A DNA stretch of 64,000 bases from the human T2T-CHM13v2.0 reference genome, Homo sapiens: assembly GCF_009914755.1 (NCBI RefSeq), contig NC_060931.1; one strand, 5' to 3'. Below, one piece after another: positions 46,372 to 62,680 of the stretch; within the stretch, counting starts at the first letter, position 1; every line of letters starts with the position of its first letter. The notes under the pieces are model-generated. The model worked only from the letters and a program-made list of their open reading frames with translations. It made no database searches and had not been told where the DNA came from. The position numbers and the translations under genes are program-made.

Positions 46372-46911
46372 TATGATGGTTAATATTGAGTGTCAACTTG
46401 ATTGGATTGAAGGATGCAAACTATCGTTCCTGGGTGTGTCTGTAAGGGTGTTGCCAAAGGAGATTAACATTTGAGTCAGTGGACTGTGAGAGGCAGACCC
46501 ACCCTCAATTTGGGTGGGCACCATCTAATCAGCTGCCAGCACGGCTAGGATAAAAGCAGGCAGAGGAACATGGAAGGGCTGGCTGAGTCTTCTGGACTTC
46601 ATCTTTCTCCTGTGCTGGAGGCTTCCTGCCCTCAAACATCGGACTCCAAGTCCTTCAGCTTTTGGACTCTTGGACTTAAACCAGTGGTTTGCCAGGGTCC
46701 CTCAGACCTTCAACCACAGATGAAGGCTGCACTGTCAGCTTCCCTACTTTTGAGGTTTTGGGACTCTGACTGGCTTCCTTCTTCCTCAGCTTGCAGACAG
46801 CCTACTGTGGGACTTCACCTTGTGATAGTATGAGTCAATACTTCTTAATGAACTCCCCTTCATATATACATCTATCCTATTAGTTCTGTCCCTCTAGAGA
46901 ACCCTAATACA
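46372..46911. mobile_element. MLT2A (HERVL) solo LTR
   Basis: tatgatggttaatattgagtgtcaacttgattggattga...accctaataca; perfect 5-bp TSD CCATC at 46367-46371 and 46912-46916. Confidence 0.9.
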
Positions 46912-49645
46912 CCATCTAATAAAACTCCAAGTCATGGTGACTTTACCTCCTCAAAGTCTATCAAATCTATCCTCTTTACTATTTTCTCTCTGCTACCCCT
47001 TGGCCCTCTCCTTGACTCCTTCAGTAACCTCCAAAGAAACATTTCTGCCATAATCTTGCCTTTAATAGTTCTCCACTCTTTAGTCAGAATGATCTAAATG
47101 CAAACTTGATTATATAATTTCCATGATTAAACATTTTAGTAACTTTCTATTGCATTTAGGACAAGGCTTTGGCCCCTTAACATGGTCTTTAAGTCTTTGC
47201 ATGTTCATTCTTTTAGCAAACGTTGCTGAGTGCTGCCATGAACCAGATACTCTTCTGGGCAATGAGGACCATGTGCTGGTTCTTCTGTACCTCTCATGAC
47301 ACCACATCTACCCTACCATTGTCTGCTAGTGACATTAAACTTCTAGTTTTTTATGCACTCTCTCCTGGATCCAACTCTTCAAATATTTATCTGACACATG
47401 TTTATTGAGCACATAATATGTGCAAAGCACTAACGGCACCACTTGCTGTCTTCCAAACACACACGTATACTCCTATATCCTCTTTGACTAAATAATTCTG
47501 ACTCATCTTTCAGGTCTGAGCTCACCCTTCAGGTCTCATCTTTTCAGAAAAACTTTCTTGCCGATTCTCTTTCCCTGGCCCAGTTGAGTTTAGTGACTGT
47601 TATCTTTGGTGTCGCATAATATCATGTATTTTTTCCTTGGGAGCACTTATTGCATGATAATGCACTTGTTTGCTTCCCCTATTAGACTCTATAAAGTCAG
47701 GAAGGCAGGGCTGAGTCTGTCTTCTTCACTGTTGAAGCTCCAGCATATCCACAGTGCTCAGAACACTGCACCATGGAGTTAGGCTTTTAGACTTGTAATC
47801 TAAATCTTTATTTGTGAGAGCATGGTAAGGCCTAAAAAATATTTCTAACCAATCAAAAATTTGTGCAATAGTCTTTATACTAGTTGACAAATTTGCTGTC
47901 ATAGTGTTCAAGAATGATCATTTAAGTGCCAGACCATCTCCAAAAGTATTCATTCCTGATTAAATCTTTCTATCTCAAATAACCACCTTGGAGAATGCAT
48001 TGTGATTATAGTACTTTAAATAATAACAAACCATCCCCTAGTTTGTAAATAGAGTTAACTTATATTCACCCTTACCATATTAATAAAACTATATATTTTA
48101 AAGGAAATTGCTGCTCAGATAATATAACACACCAGAACTCATACAAACCACAGAAAAAGGCTGCTTTGGGAATAATTAGAAGGAACATCTAGTAGAACTC
48201 TATTATATATACCTGAACCTGATGTGTCAGAGCTTTGAGGTGAGGGGAGGCTGTGGGGCCTGGAGACAGGCTGATTTAGAGCTTGCAGGAAGGCTGTATG
48301 GTTCTGGAGCCTACCAGCAGCAGAGATGCACTTGGCTTCTATTTCGTACAGTGACTCCTTAAATGAATTGGGAATCCCATTGCAGAGAACAGTCATTCCA
48401 GTTGGATGATGATGACATTACCCCATTAATATAAGGCTGTCCCAGCACCAAGCCAAAGAAACACTATGCTCAGTGGTCATACTTCCTGCTCAGTTGGTCT
48501 CTAGCCTGGCAACACAGAACTAGAGTAAATATAAAACTTCCCCCATTTTCCTTGATCAAATCCTCTAAGATGTGGTATTTGCAATATCTATCAGAACCCA
48601 TCACTAGGCTTCAGGACTTTGAATATGGGCAAAACTCATTTCTCACTTCAAAGTTTAACATGTGGAAAAAACAATGGGTATGCGAGAATACAGTAACTCA
48701 AAATAAGATGAGCATTATGAAGAAAGAGATCCAATGTCCATCTGTGAAACAAAATCATTACAAGACATAGGAAATGTTAGAAAACACCTCATATGTTTTT
48801 ATTAAGATTTTAGAAAACACTAACTCTATGAAAGAGATATGACTTAATATAATGAAATGGACCAACAAACACTTTGAGATTTAATTGCTGGCTTAAAAAA
48901 ACAATGAAGTGAAGGGCTCTGAATAGCTGATTGGATACAATAGAAAGAAAATAAGTAAATCAGAAGATATTGAAATATTAATTTGGAATTCAGAGAAAAA
49001 GTGAAAAAGAAATACAAGTAGAGGAGAAAGAAAGATATTAATATTAGATCCAACTGATCCTTATACATTCTGTGGCTTGCAAAAGAGAAAGCATGAAAAA
49101 ATAACATATAAGAACAGCAATAATCAAAGTAATTGTGAAAGAAAATATAAGTGAAAAAGCTGAAAATTAGGCAAAATCAATGAAAGGAAATCTAAACCTA
49201 GACATCATTTCGGATTTCTTTAAAAAAGAAATATTCTGGAAGCCTCTAAGTAGAAAAATCTGTGAAGGAAACAAAATATTAAGTGTCTTTAAAATATTTG
49301 TTGAAATATTCTAAATCCTAGATGATCATAGATAAACATCTAGGGTTTTGATAGTGAAATGTTGTGACTCAGGAACCAATAATAAAAGTAAAGTACAATC
49401 CAGATTCAACTTAAAATTGCTCAGGGATGTGGCTGTCAGAATTCGTGATTTATAGCCCAACTTCCACTCCCTCTAATGCAGAGTGCTCAGAGCCCTGTGG
49501 TCTAATGGGATGCCTGGTAAGAGGAAAGGGTCTATCCTCTCTAGTCTAGACGTTTGACTTTCTTCAGAAGAATTCCACAGAAAAATGACACCAGAATACA
49601 ATAATCTATCACTATATTCTGGGTTACTCAACCTAAATAGCATTG

Positions 49646-50079
<434 letters not shown>

Positions 50080-50464
50080 TAGATTGCACTCAGTATGCAG
50101 CTGTATTTAGTTTGACCTGTTCAGTGTTTTAAAAAATTTGGATCAACATATTGAAATTTAGATTTCAACCGATATCCTAGTACTTAGGAGATCTCACACT
50201 ATGGAGAACACATGTGCATAGGCCAGTGGTCAGCTGGAGCAGGAGTCAGGCCTCATCAAGTCTGTCTCCAGTCTCACCACCTCTGTGGAAGGAATCCAGT
50301 TGCCAGCCATTGTCATGCATGCAAAGCTGTTTTTTTCTTAGAGGAGAGTGAGAATGGTTTACAGTCATACATCTATTGAAAGAGGGAAAACAAAAGATAG
50401 AATGAGGAGACCACAGGCTTCCAGAACAATGAAAAACATGTATATACACATATAAACATAAAAG

Positions 50465-50466
<2 letters not shown>

Positions 50467-50506
<40 letters not shown>
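50467..50506. repeat. (CA)n microsatellite
   Basis: Read directly from the sequence. Confidence 0.95.
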
Positions 50507-50509
<3 letters not shown>

Positions 50510-50940
50510 GAGAAAGTTTAAGAGTTTTTAGTATTTGGGGACTCTGGAGGCTACATGGCATACCTGGAGGTCAGGGAGCAAGGGCAGGGAAAGAGAGAAA
50601 GGGACCTGTGGGCCGAACTTTATTGGGGTCAAGGAATCATCTAAACAGATTTTCCACATGGAGTTTTAATTGGTGCGTTTAAAGCAAGCAGGCATAAGTT
50701 CCAGGGGCACACAGAGGTGGTCACTGCAGCATGTCTGCACACTCCATGTTGGGTGTGGGGGTCAGGATGGCAAGTAGAGCAGGCTGCAGCCAGCTGACCT
50801 ATAATGAGCTGGTCACCAGGAGGCAGTTGTATAAGGCAGCTATCTGACTTGGCCACACAGGAGAACCTGGAAGTGTAGAATTGGAAACCATATCAAGGGT
50901 GACTGAGCCCTGAGGGAACGTATTTCTTTGTGAAAATTAG

Positions 50941-51439
<499 letters not shown>

Positions 51440-51440
<1 letters not shown>

Positions 51441-52200
51441 TGTGACTTTGCCAAAAAATACAACAAAAGATACCATTATGAAACAAAGAACAACTGTTAT
51501 CTAGAAAACCTACATGATTAAAACTTAATTAACTAAAAGAAAGAACTAGAATTTACACAGGATGAATTTCTGAATGCAAATAAGTGATGCTATTGTGAAA
51601 AAGTGGCCATAAATATTTTACAGATGATGAGTTTCTCAAAGAGTGAAACTACGGAGTGAATGAGAAATACTGTTGCTGAGAATAGTGACCATACCTGGGG
51701 ACTTGTTGGAGAAAAATGAAATATTCTGTGGTGTTTTATATTGCAGCTGATGAAAACAAAGATATAAATAATTCTAAGCAGCTAGCTATATTTACTTGTG
51801 GTACTGATGAAAAATTTTATGCAACCAATGAATTCATTAAAAGGATACCCATGATACATAAAATATCAAGGAATGACATTTTTGTGTGCCAAGAAAAGCC
51901 TTGATATTCTACTGTAGAGAAGTCAAATTAGTAAGCATGACTATAGAGAAATTCTGTGATGATACATCTAAAAGACAGACTTATTCATGAATTTAAAACC
52001 ACTGTGGCAACATTTTGCAATGGCAAGGAAGTGAAGTCTGTTTATTGCATCGTTCATCAGGAAACACATTGTACTAATGTATTTATAGATGTGGTAGTTA
52101 ACGTAGTATACCAGACATGCTTGAATGTCTAGGACCATAAAATATTCAGTGCTTTGTATGATGAATTGGATGCATAACACGATAATCTGTTGTATTCCAC
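51440..52200 (+). mobile_element. Decayed hAT/Charlie transposase relic
   Basis: FYIAADENKDINNSKQLAIFTCGTDEKF resembles the hAT DDE first-Asp motif (FSIALDESTD...QLAIFIRGV); cattgcatcgttcatcag resembles the CxxH region. Confidence 0.7.
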
Positions 52201-52779
52201 ATGTGTACTAAAAAGCATAAATGAACAAAAGAAATATAGGTACACAGGGATTTAAAAGAGTACTACATTTCACTGACTTTGTACATTATTTTTAATACCA
52301 TCTCTGAATTTGGGATGTATCTTAGTCAATGATAAGAAGGCACTGTGCAGTATTTTAATAGGCAGATTTTAATTTTTCTTTCTTAGTGATATATAAAATT
52401 ATGGTGCATCTTACGATTGACATTATCTGAGATTCTGTGAAATATGATTATAAGAGAATGCCACAAATTTAAGCCATTATAATTTAAAACTTATAAAAAA
52501 TAGATAAATAGCTATATAAATAGAACTTAACAAAATTGACTTGAGAAATAGAAGTTTTGAAGTGCCCTAGCTAAAAGATGGCCCTATGATTTTGGAATAA
52601 TTGTAAAGCATAAGCTGCCAGAAAATATCATTTGAAAGCAGCAATTTCTGTGATAAGATTAAATTTGAAATCACTTTTGAGGATCAATAGTCTTTGAATT
52701 CAGGAAATATTTTGAATTACACAGATACACAATTATAAAGGTAAGACTTACAAATTTTGTGATTGTGGCTGGGGCTGGT

Positions 52780-53455
<676 letters not shown>

Positions 53456-53995
53456 AATGGTGAATTGGTATAAATGGTGAATTGACTATTATACAGGTGC
53501 ATCGAGCAAAAGGTTCATTATTTTGTTTGGTGATGGATAGTGCATATAATTCTGCCAAAGCAAGATCTCTTTATCTGTTTTTATAGTGTTGTGGCCTATA
53601 AACCAATGGTTTATAAACTCAAATACCTATAAGGGCCTGAAAATTAGTATAATGTGTGAAATCAACCAGGGATAAGAAAAACATCTCTCAGAACTATAAA
53701 ACTTTATTTTACTGAATGAAGCACATAACACAAACATGCATAATATTGGAGAAAATATATTAAATTCATTGAAAAAACACAAACTGGGGTGGACATGGCC
53801 ACTCATCCCTGTAATCCCACACTTTGGGAGGCTGAAGCAGATGGATCACTTAAGATCAGGAGTTTGAGACCAGCCTGGCCTCATGGAATGACATGTAAAT
53901 GTCCTATCAGAGAAATATTTAAAGTGCTTACATAGTGTGTAATGTTAACAAAAACAGCCAAATCTATGATGTAATCTTTAAAAAATATTTTACAG

Positions 53996-54280
53996 GGCCA
54001 GACGCGGTGGCTCACGCCTGTAATCCCAACACTTTGGGAGGCCGAGGTGGGCAGATCATGAGGTCAGGAGCTTGAGACCAGCCTGGCCAGCATGGTGAAA
54101 CCTCGTTTCTCCTAAAAATACAAAAATTAGCCAGACATGGTGGCAGGCGCCTGTAATCCCAGCTACTCAGGAGGCTGAGGCAGGAAATCGCTTGTAGTGA
54201 GCTGAGATCGCACCACTGCACTCCAACCTGGGCGAAAGAGCAAAACTCCATCTCAAAAAATTAAAAAAAAATATATATAT
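53996..54280 (+). mobile_element. AluS with internal deletion (a separate left-monomer fragment lies at ~53785-53880)
   Basis: Alu consensus match. Confidence 0.88.
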
Positions 54281-57200
54281 ATAACGTAATATTTCAGGTA
54301 TACATAAAAGTATAAATGATAATATAATAATAATAAACACCTATCTCCTAACCTAAGAGCTGAACCATTACAAAATAATGGAATCTCTTTTTATACTACT
54401 CTTCCATCAGCAGTAACCACGTTCCTGAATGAGGTGTTTATAATTCTCACACATTTCTTCCTGTTTTCTCACACACTTATGGAACCCTGTATAATATGTG
54501 GTGGTGTTTTGTAGATATTTAAGAACTGCAATAATGGTATCCTAGTATATAAATTGCCCTAAAACTTTCCTTGTTCATTCAACAATATGTTTGTGAGGTC
54601 ATCCATGTTCAGTTGCACTGCTGTGTAGCACACCATTGCATGAATATATCACAATGTGTTTATCCATTTATCTATTAATAGGTATTTTGATGTTTCTAAT
54701 TTGGTCCATGTTGGAGCTGAGATTTGCAATTATCAGCCGTTATGACTCCAGAACCTCCAGGCTAAACAACTGACTACACTACTTTCAATTGGAGTCTCTC
54801 TGAAACTTCATATCCTAGAAGCAAAAAGTAGTGGAAAAACCTCTGTTCATGATATTCAAACTCGTTGCTCAAAGATCTAAATGGAAAATAAAAGACACAA
54901 AATAGTGCAGTAGGAATCCCCAGGTTTATACCAAACTAAACCGTGTGTAAAATCAATTACTTAATTCCATCAGGTGTTTAAACAAGTCGAAAGGCACTCA
55001 AATATCACCTTCCCCAGGCTCTTACTAATTATTTCCATAATTAATCTGAGGTTGGAATGTCTAGGGCTAACTCTGGAAATCCTTAAAGTTCATAGATGGG
55101 TGATTAGGTTTTTCATGTTTCCCTCAGGCTATGGATATCTGTGTTCACACTTCCACATATGAAGGGCTCGGCTACCTCTCTCCTCCAACTAGGCGATGCC
55201 TGAGGACCTGAACTGTGTCTGCAACTTGGGAGATGCTAGTCCTCAGCAAAACAGTGAAGTCCATACACTTTGTCTTCACCAATTCTTCTTCAGTTTCCCC
55301 TACTTCTACTATAGGCATGGATGACCCTCAAGTGCACACAGCATATTTGCTGAATGATTAGGAGAAGAGATGATCTGGAATGAGAGGGACTTGGAGCATT
55401 CTCCCAATATAATTACAAACTATTAAATAGTTGTGTATATTTAGGGCCTTTTTTTGCACAGAAAAGCTTGGGGTTAACGCCTGTGTCGTCATTTCATCTC
55501 CCAACCTTATTTAAAAGCACGACACCTGCTCAGGCAGTATTTAAGTGAATAGCACCATTAAATAAATCAACCTTTATTTAAATTTAATCATAAACCTGTC
55601 AAGTTAAATATACCTTGCAAACAAAGTGGATCAAGTAGAATAAAACAAACTATGTAAGAGGCTCTAGCAATAACCCATTCTTTAGATCTTCTCTGACAGT
55701 TCATCTTTTTTTTTTTTTTTTCGGTACTGAAATTTAATCTTCTATTTAAATTTCCCATTGAGTCTGAGCCAGGCCATTCTAAGAATGATGCTTTTTTTTT
55801 TCCTGGTCCACAACTAACTTATGTGTTTATCCCTTCTCTACATGTCTGCTCATGGACTTAATTGTTCCATTTATGTGATTTTGTACCACTCAGCGCAGCA
55901 TAAATCTTTTGGTTACAAGGGCCAGAAATTCAATTCAAACAGATTTAGGCAAAAGTGGTATGTATTGGTTCATGGAATATGATAAAAGGTTGTTCAATGA
56001 AACCAAAACAGGGCAAGGATATAGCTGGGCCTCTGGAACATCAGGAACTGAATAAAAGCAGGTTTTAGCCATATTCACTTCTTGTCTCTGTTCCTTTCTG
56101 CGTGTAATAGGCTATATGGTAGAGAATATAGCTATGAGAAACTGCTGGATTTCATGTCTTACCAATGTTTTCTTTGATCAAGTTAGAAAATTCCCAAAAA
56201 CAGACTTTGATGGGCTTGCAATGGATCCATCAAATATGGTAAAGGGCGGGATCATGGAGAACTCTTGGCGACAGCACGAGGAGGAGCAGTTGTCTCTAGG
56301 TGGAGGTGGTTGTTCTCTGAAGAAAGGAGGGACTGAGAAGGCAGAAAAAAAAAAAAGGCCTTTTCCAACTATCCTCACTACCTCTTGCCCACTTGCTCCT
56401 CCCAGAATTTTACAGCCTCTAATCTTCCCAACATTTTCCTTCTACCTTTATAACCCAAATCAAATCTTATATTTTTCAGGGTAGCCTCTCTTTTGATGAC
56501 TACAAGTCTATTTCTAGTTCCAACCTCTAATCTGAGTTTCACTTCTTCATTTTCAAAGGTCTGCTGGTGTTTTCTAAGTGGAAAACATGATGTCTACCCA
56601 GTTGTAATACACTCCAAGTTTTACTATTTCTTCCAAATTCAAACCAACTTCCTCTCTCAACTTCTTTAATTTTTCTTAAGTGATTACATCATATTAGAAT
56701 CCCACAATGAAATCCTCCCTGATTCTTCCTTCCCTATCAACCACCATATTAAGACACTAGTTGATGATGTTTTTCCAAAGGTCTCTCAGTCTATTCCTTC
56801 TTCATTATTCCTACCACCTCATCCCAGACCAAATTTCCTTTTATTGTAACTGAAGTGTACATGGTTCAAATCCTCTGTCTCCTCCTCGTCAAATAAATCC
56901 TGCACATAAAATAACTGCTGTGATTGTGTCACTTCCTTACTTAAGATTCTGTTATAACCGCTAACATGAAAAAGCCCCAACTCTTGAGCTTAGCTCCATA
57001 ATCTGACCTCTACCTGCTATAGAGAACTTGCTATGCTCATTCCCCCCTCTAAACCTTTGTCTATGACATTCACTTGCATTCCGATCCAAAGCCTGGTTAC
57101 ACAGTTTGTTTATGCCAATAATTTTGACACCTAATTAGATGCAGCCTCTTATTGCTATTTAAATGTTTCCTATATGTTTGTGTGTAACCCTCAACTAAAT

Positions 57201-58088
57201 TGAAGGTTCTATGCTAAACAGACCATATTTTATTACTCTGCATCACCCTTCGAGCCTAAATGCAGGGTACTAGAAATGGTTAGTATGTGGGCAAATACAA
57301 ACAACTATTATTTTCTCTTCTCTTAGTTTCTTGAAAATATAACAATTTCAAGAAAAAATCCAATGTGGAATCCAAAAAAGTTGAACTCATAGAAGTACTG
57401 TACAACATTGTGACTATAGTTAATAACCATGTATTATATTACTGAAAATTGCTAACAGAATAGGTTTTAAGTGTTTTCACCACAAAAATATGGTATGTAT
57501 GTGAGGTAATGCTTATGTTATTTAGCTCGATTTAGCCATTCCACAACATGTGCCTATTTCAAAACAACATGTTGTATATGATAAATATATACAATTTTTA
57601 TTTTTCAATCAAAAAATAAAGCAAAAATGATTACATTGCATTGTGGGATTTACAATAGATGTGTATGTAAAATATATGACAAAAAGGGCACAAAGGATGA
57701 GGATTGGTAGCCAATGAAACTACTTTTGCAAGATAATTGTATATAATATTAACTCTAAGTAGTTATCACAGGATAAGAATTGATTCTGTAATCCTTACAG
57801 CAACCACCAAACTTTTATAAAAATAGGTATATCTAAAGTGCAATAGAAGATTTAAAAAATTTTTTTCTAAAAGAAGTCAGGAAAGAAGGAACAGAAAACA
57901 AAAACAGATGGAACACATAAAAGACAAAATACCAACATTGTACACCTAAATCCAACCATATCGAAATTACCTTGAATGTAAATGAGCTATAATCAAAGGA
58001 CAGCAATTAAAAGACTGGATAAAAATAATATCCAACAACGTTCTTCCCTTAACAAACATTTTTTTTTTAATTTTCTGAGATGGCTGAC

Positions 58089-58988
58089 TGTAGGGAGACC
58101 TGCTGAAACTATTGCTATGGAATAAAAGATGAAATGCTCCTGATTATTGTAAATACAAAATTGCATGCAGGATTGTGTAAAGACAATGCCAGGTTGGACT
58201 GCCAGAATGAGCCAACAGCGTGTGATGTGCTTCCCCCTGCAGAGAGCCTATGAATGGACGTGCAGTCAGGAAGGTTTCACATCACCAAGATTCCTATCCT
58301 AGAAAAGCAGATGTTCATAGCTCTGGGAATGGAATGCGACCCTTGTGGAGAGCCTATAAATGGACGCATGGGCAGGGGCGCCTGTCCATATGGATAAGAT
58401 AGGGCTATAAACGCCCTCATCTTGCCACGGCTCTTCTAAGCCTTTTTAGGGTTAAGGCATACTCTCTTCTGAGAATTTCTGGCCTAACCAGCTGTCTAGC
58501 TTCATGTCCTGTTTCCATGGATTGTTTGTAACCAGCTTTTGTTGCAATTGTTACTGCTGATTAATATCTTGCTAATCATAGGTTATGGAAAGATTGTGTT
58601 TCTGTTTTAAGGCTCTGTTAGAAATTACTGACACACACACTATATTGTAAATTCTTATCTCTGTATACTGTACTTCTACAAACAAATGTACTGTACTTCT
58701 ACATACAAATGTTATGTTAAAGAATTACTTCATCCCCATGTGACTATCTCACCTCATAATCAAATGACCCTAAATCCCTCACTAACCTACCCCTGCTGTC
58801 ACTAAACTTAAGAATAAATGCTAGTATATCCAGTGCATTGCTGGCACCGCGGGAGCAGAAAGCGGTGACCCCCCTGGACCCAGCTTTCACTATCTTGTGT
58901 GTGTCTATTATTTCTCGACCTGCCGGTCCGCCTGGGAACAAAGAGAGAGCCCCGCTGCATTGCAGGCTGCTGGCCAGATACCACAATA
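58089..58988 (+). mobile_element. MER11D-type (ERVK-class) solo LTR
   Basis: TGTAGGGAGACC...AAACTATTGCTATGGAATAAAAG start, ~900 bp, 6-bp TSD gctgac/tctgac. Confidence 0.8.
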
Positions 58989-61900
58989 TCTGACACTTTT
59001 ATTTTCAGGGGGGGTTGACTCTTTGTAGTCCAGAGTGCTGTGGGCCTGTCTGGAGTGACATGGTTTCTAAGGTCAAAATGCAAAGTAAACACAGGTCACT
59101 ATGAGCTATACTTTCTCCAATGTGCTGGTCTACTTGTTTTACTTTTCTTTTTGTAAAATACTTGTTCTTCATTTTTTTCTATTGTGGTAAAATACGAAAA
59201 ACAAAATTTACCAACTTAACCATTTTTAAGGGTACAACTCAGTGGTGTTAAATACATTCATAATATGCAACCATCATCATTGTGCATCTCTATGATTCTT
59301 TTCATCTTATGAAACCAAAACTCTATACCTATTAAACAATAACTCCTAATTCCCCCCTTGCTCAGGCACCTGGCAGCCACCATTGTATTTTCTGCCTCCA
59401 TGATTTTAATTACCCTATTATCTCATATAAGTGGAATCATATAATATTTCTTTTTGTGACTGACTTGTTGCAGTTAGTGTAATGTTCTCAAGGTTTAACC
59501 ATGTTTTAGCATAATGCAGACTCTTTTTAAGGCTGAATAAAATTCCATTATATGAATAGACCACATTTTTCTTATCCATTCATTGTTGATGGACACTTTG
59601 GTTGCTTCCATATTTTAGTTATTGTTAATAATGCTACTATAAACACAGGTGTACAAATAATCTTTTTGAGATCCTGCTTTCAATTCTTTTGGGTATATAC
59701 ACAGAAGTGGAATTACTGGATTATATGGTAATTTTATTTTTAACTCTTTGGGGAACTGCCATACTGTTTTCCACGGTATGGGAAGTCTTTGCTTAAGCCA
59801 ATGTCTAGAAGGATTTTTTCCGATGTTATTAATATCTTCTAGAGTCTTTATGGTTTCAGGTCTTAGACTTAAGTCTGATCCATCTTGAGTTGGTTTTTGT
59901 ATGAGATGAGAGAGGAGGATCCAGTTTCATTTGTTGATGTCATTTCCCTACTTCATGTTTTTGTTCACTTTGTCAAAGATCAGTTTGTTGTATTTGGCTT
60001 TATTTCTGGGTTCTCTATTCTGTTCCATTGGCCTATGTGCCTATTTTTCTACCAGTACCATGCTGTTTTGGTGACTATGGCCTTATAGTATAGTTGAAGT
60101 TGTGTAATGTGATGCCTCCAGATTTGTTATTTTTGCTTAGTCTTGCTTTGGCTATGTGGACTCCATTGTTTTTTCTAGTTCTGTGAAGAATGGTGGTGGC
60201 ATTTTGGTGGGAATTGCATTGAATTTGTAGATTGCTTTGGCAGTATGGTCATTTTCACAATATTGATTCTACCCATCCATGAGCATGAGATATGTTTCCA
60301 TTTGTTTGTGTCATCTATGATTTCTTTCAGCAGTGTTTTGTAGTTTTCCTTGTAGAGGTCTTTCACATCCTTGGTTAGGTATACAGGTATATTCCTAAGG
60401 TTTTTTTTTTTTCTTTTTTTTTTTTTTGTAGCTATTGTGAAAAGGGTTGAGTTCATGATTTGATTCTTAGATTGGTCACTGTTAGCATATAGCAGAGCTA
60501 CTGATTTGTGTACATTAATTTTGCATCCGGAAACTTTTCTGAATTCATTTACCAGTTCTAGGAGCTTTTTGGATAAGTCTTTAGGGTTTTCTAGGTATAC
60601 GATCATATCATCAGCAAACAGTGACAGTTTGACTTCCTCTTTGCCAATTTGGATGCCCCTTATTTCTTGCTCTTTTCTGATTGTTCTGGCTTGAACTTCC
60701 AATACCATGTTGAATAGAAGTGGTGAAAGTGGGCATCCTTGTCTTGTTACAGTTCTCAGGGGAAATCCTTTCAACTTTTCCCCGTTTAGTAGAATGTTGG
60801 CTGTGGGTTTGTCATAGATGGCTTTTATTACCTTAAGGTAGTCCCTTCTATGCTGATTTTGCTGAGAGTTTTAATCATAATTTTGATTTGCATTTTCCCA
60901 ATGATTAATGATGTCGAACATCTTTTCATGTGTTTATTGGCCATTTGTGTGTCTTCTTTGGAGAAATGTCCATTCAAGTCCTTTGCCCCCCTACCCCCAC
61001 CCTTTTCTTTTGAATGAAGCAACAAAAGCAAAGATTTATTGAAAATGAAAGTATACTCCACAGTGCGGGAGCAGGCCCAAGCAGCGGGCTCAAGGGCCCA
61101 ATACACAATCTTTTCAGGTCTAAATACCCCCTAGAGGTTGGTGTTCCCCCCTTCAGAGTGGTGAGTTACCCCAGGCCCTGGGTGGGTCCACAGATGATAT
61201 CTGGGAGCCAGGGATTAAAGTAAAAAACCCTAGAAATTTACCTGGTATCCCATTCTACTGAAGCTAAGCTGGCACTCAAACCACAAGACAAAGTTTTTCC
61301 CATTCTTCTCTGCCCTTTCCCCAGGCAGAGGAGCCTCTCTTGTGGCCATGACCACCATGGTTCCACAGGGAGTTCTGCCAGGCCTCCACTGATGTTCACT
61401 TAAAGATTAAGAGCTCTTCAGTCAGCTTGTGATGAATGCTGCCAGACCTAGAACTCATTCTTCAAGGCAGTGGATTTCCCTCCAGCCCAGGACAGGCTCA
61501 GAAATACTGACCAAGAGCCTAGGCCTGGATTCAGGGACTCCAAGATCCTGCTTGGTGCTCTAACCTACTGTGGCTAAATTGGGACCTAAGGTGGAAGACA
61601 AAGCCCCATTTACTTTTCCTCTTGCTTTTCTCAAACCATAACCACCACAGCTGGAGATGTGCTGGATCACACCTGAAGCCAACATGTCTCAGAGCCCAAA
61701 CTGCAGCATATTACCTGGATATCACTGTTGGTTATTCAGGGCCCGGGGGCTCTTTAGTCAGTAGGTGATGCATCCTGTCAGGTCTCCACTTTTACAGAGC
61801 AGCACTGAGTTCAATGTAAAGTCCCTCAATCACTGCACTCTCCTTCTCTCAAAGAAATTGATTTCTCCACAATGTGTGGCTGCTTTCAGGGGGTGTGGGC

Positions 61901-62376
61901 AGGGTGGCACAAACACTCTCTTAGCCACTCTGACATAGGTCATGTGCCCCCCAAGTCCACTGGCTCTGAGCCTAGCTTAGCACTAAGATTTGACCAGGAA
62001 TTGCAGTCCTTGTGGCCCAATCTGCCCCTCAAGCTTACTTAGAGACCTAGATCACTCCGTCTTGCAGTGGCAAGGCTGGCCAGAAGTTCTGGCCTCTGGG
62101 ATAGGCAATTCCCTTCTGGCTAGGGCCAATTCAAATGCTCCCTCCATGGACAGATGTCAGCTGAATTTCACCTGGTTCTGCTTTCTGCTGTGACAGGGCA
62201 GCACGGAGTTCAATGCAAAGCTTCACACCTGCTGTGCCCTCCCTCAAGCACACAGATACTCTATGCCATGTGGCTGTTGCCAAGGCATGGGGAGGGGTAT
62301 AGGCTTCTATTCAGCCACGTTGCTCCATCCCTTCCCCTTCCCTTTTCTAAGCTAATAAGTCATTACATAAATTAGT

Positions 62377-62680
62377 CTTTTTTTTTTTTTTTGATGGAGT
62401 CTCGCTCTGTCACCCAGGCTGGAGTTCAGTAGTGCCATCTTGGCTCACTGCAGCCTCCGCCTCCCAGGTTCAAGCAATTCTCTTGCCTCAGCCTCCTGAG
62501 TAGCTGGGATTACAGGTGCATGCCACAATGCCCAGCTAATTTTTGTATTTTTAGTAGAGACAGGATTCCACCATGTTGGCCAGGCTGGTCTCCAACTCCT
62601 GACCTCAAGTGATCCACCCGCCTTGGCCTCCCAAAGTGCTAGTATTACAGGCTCTCAAAAATGAGCTACCATGCCCAGCC
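62377..62680 (-). mobile_element. AluS
   Basis: TSD taaattagt at ~62367 and 62681. Confidence 0.92.
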
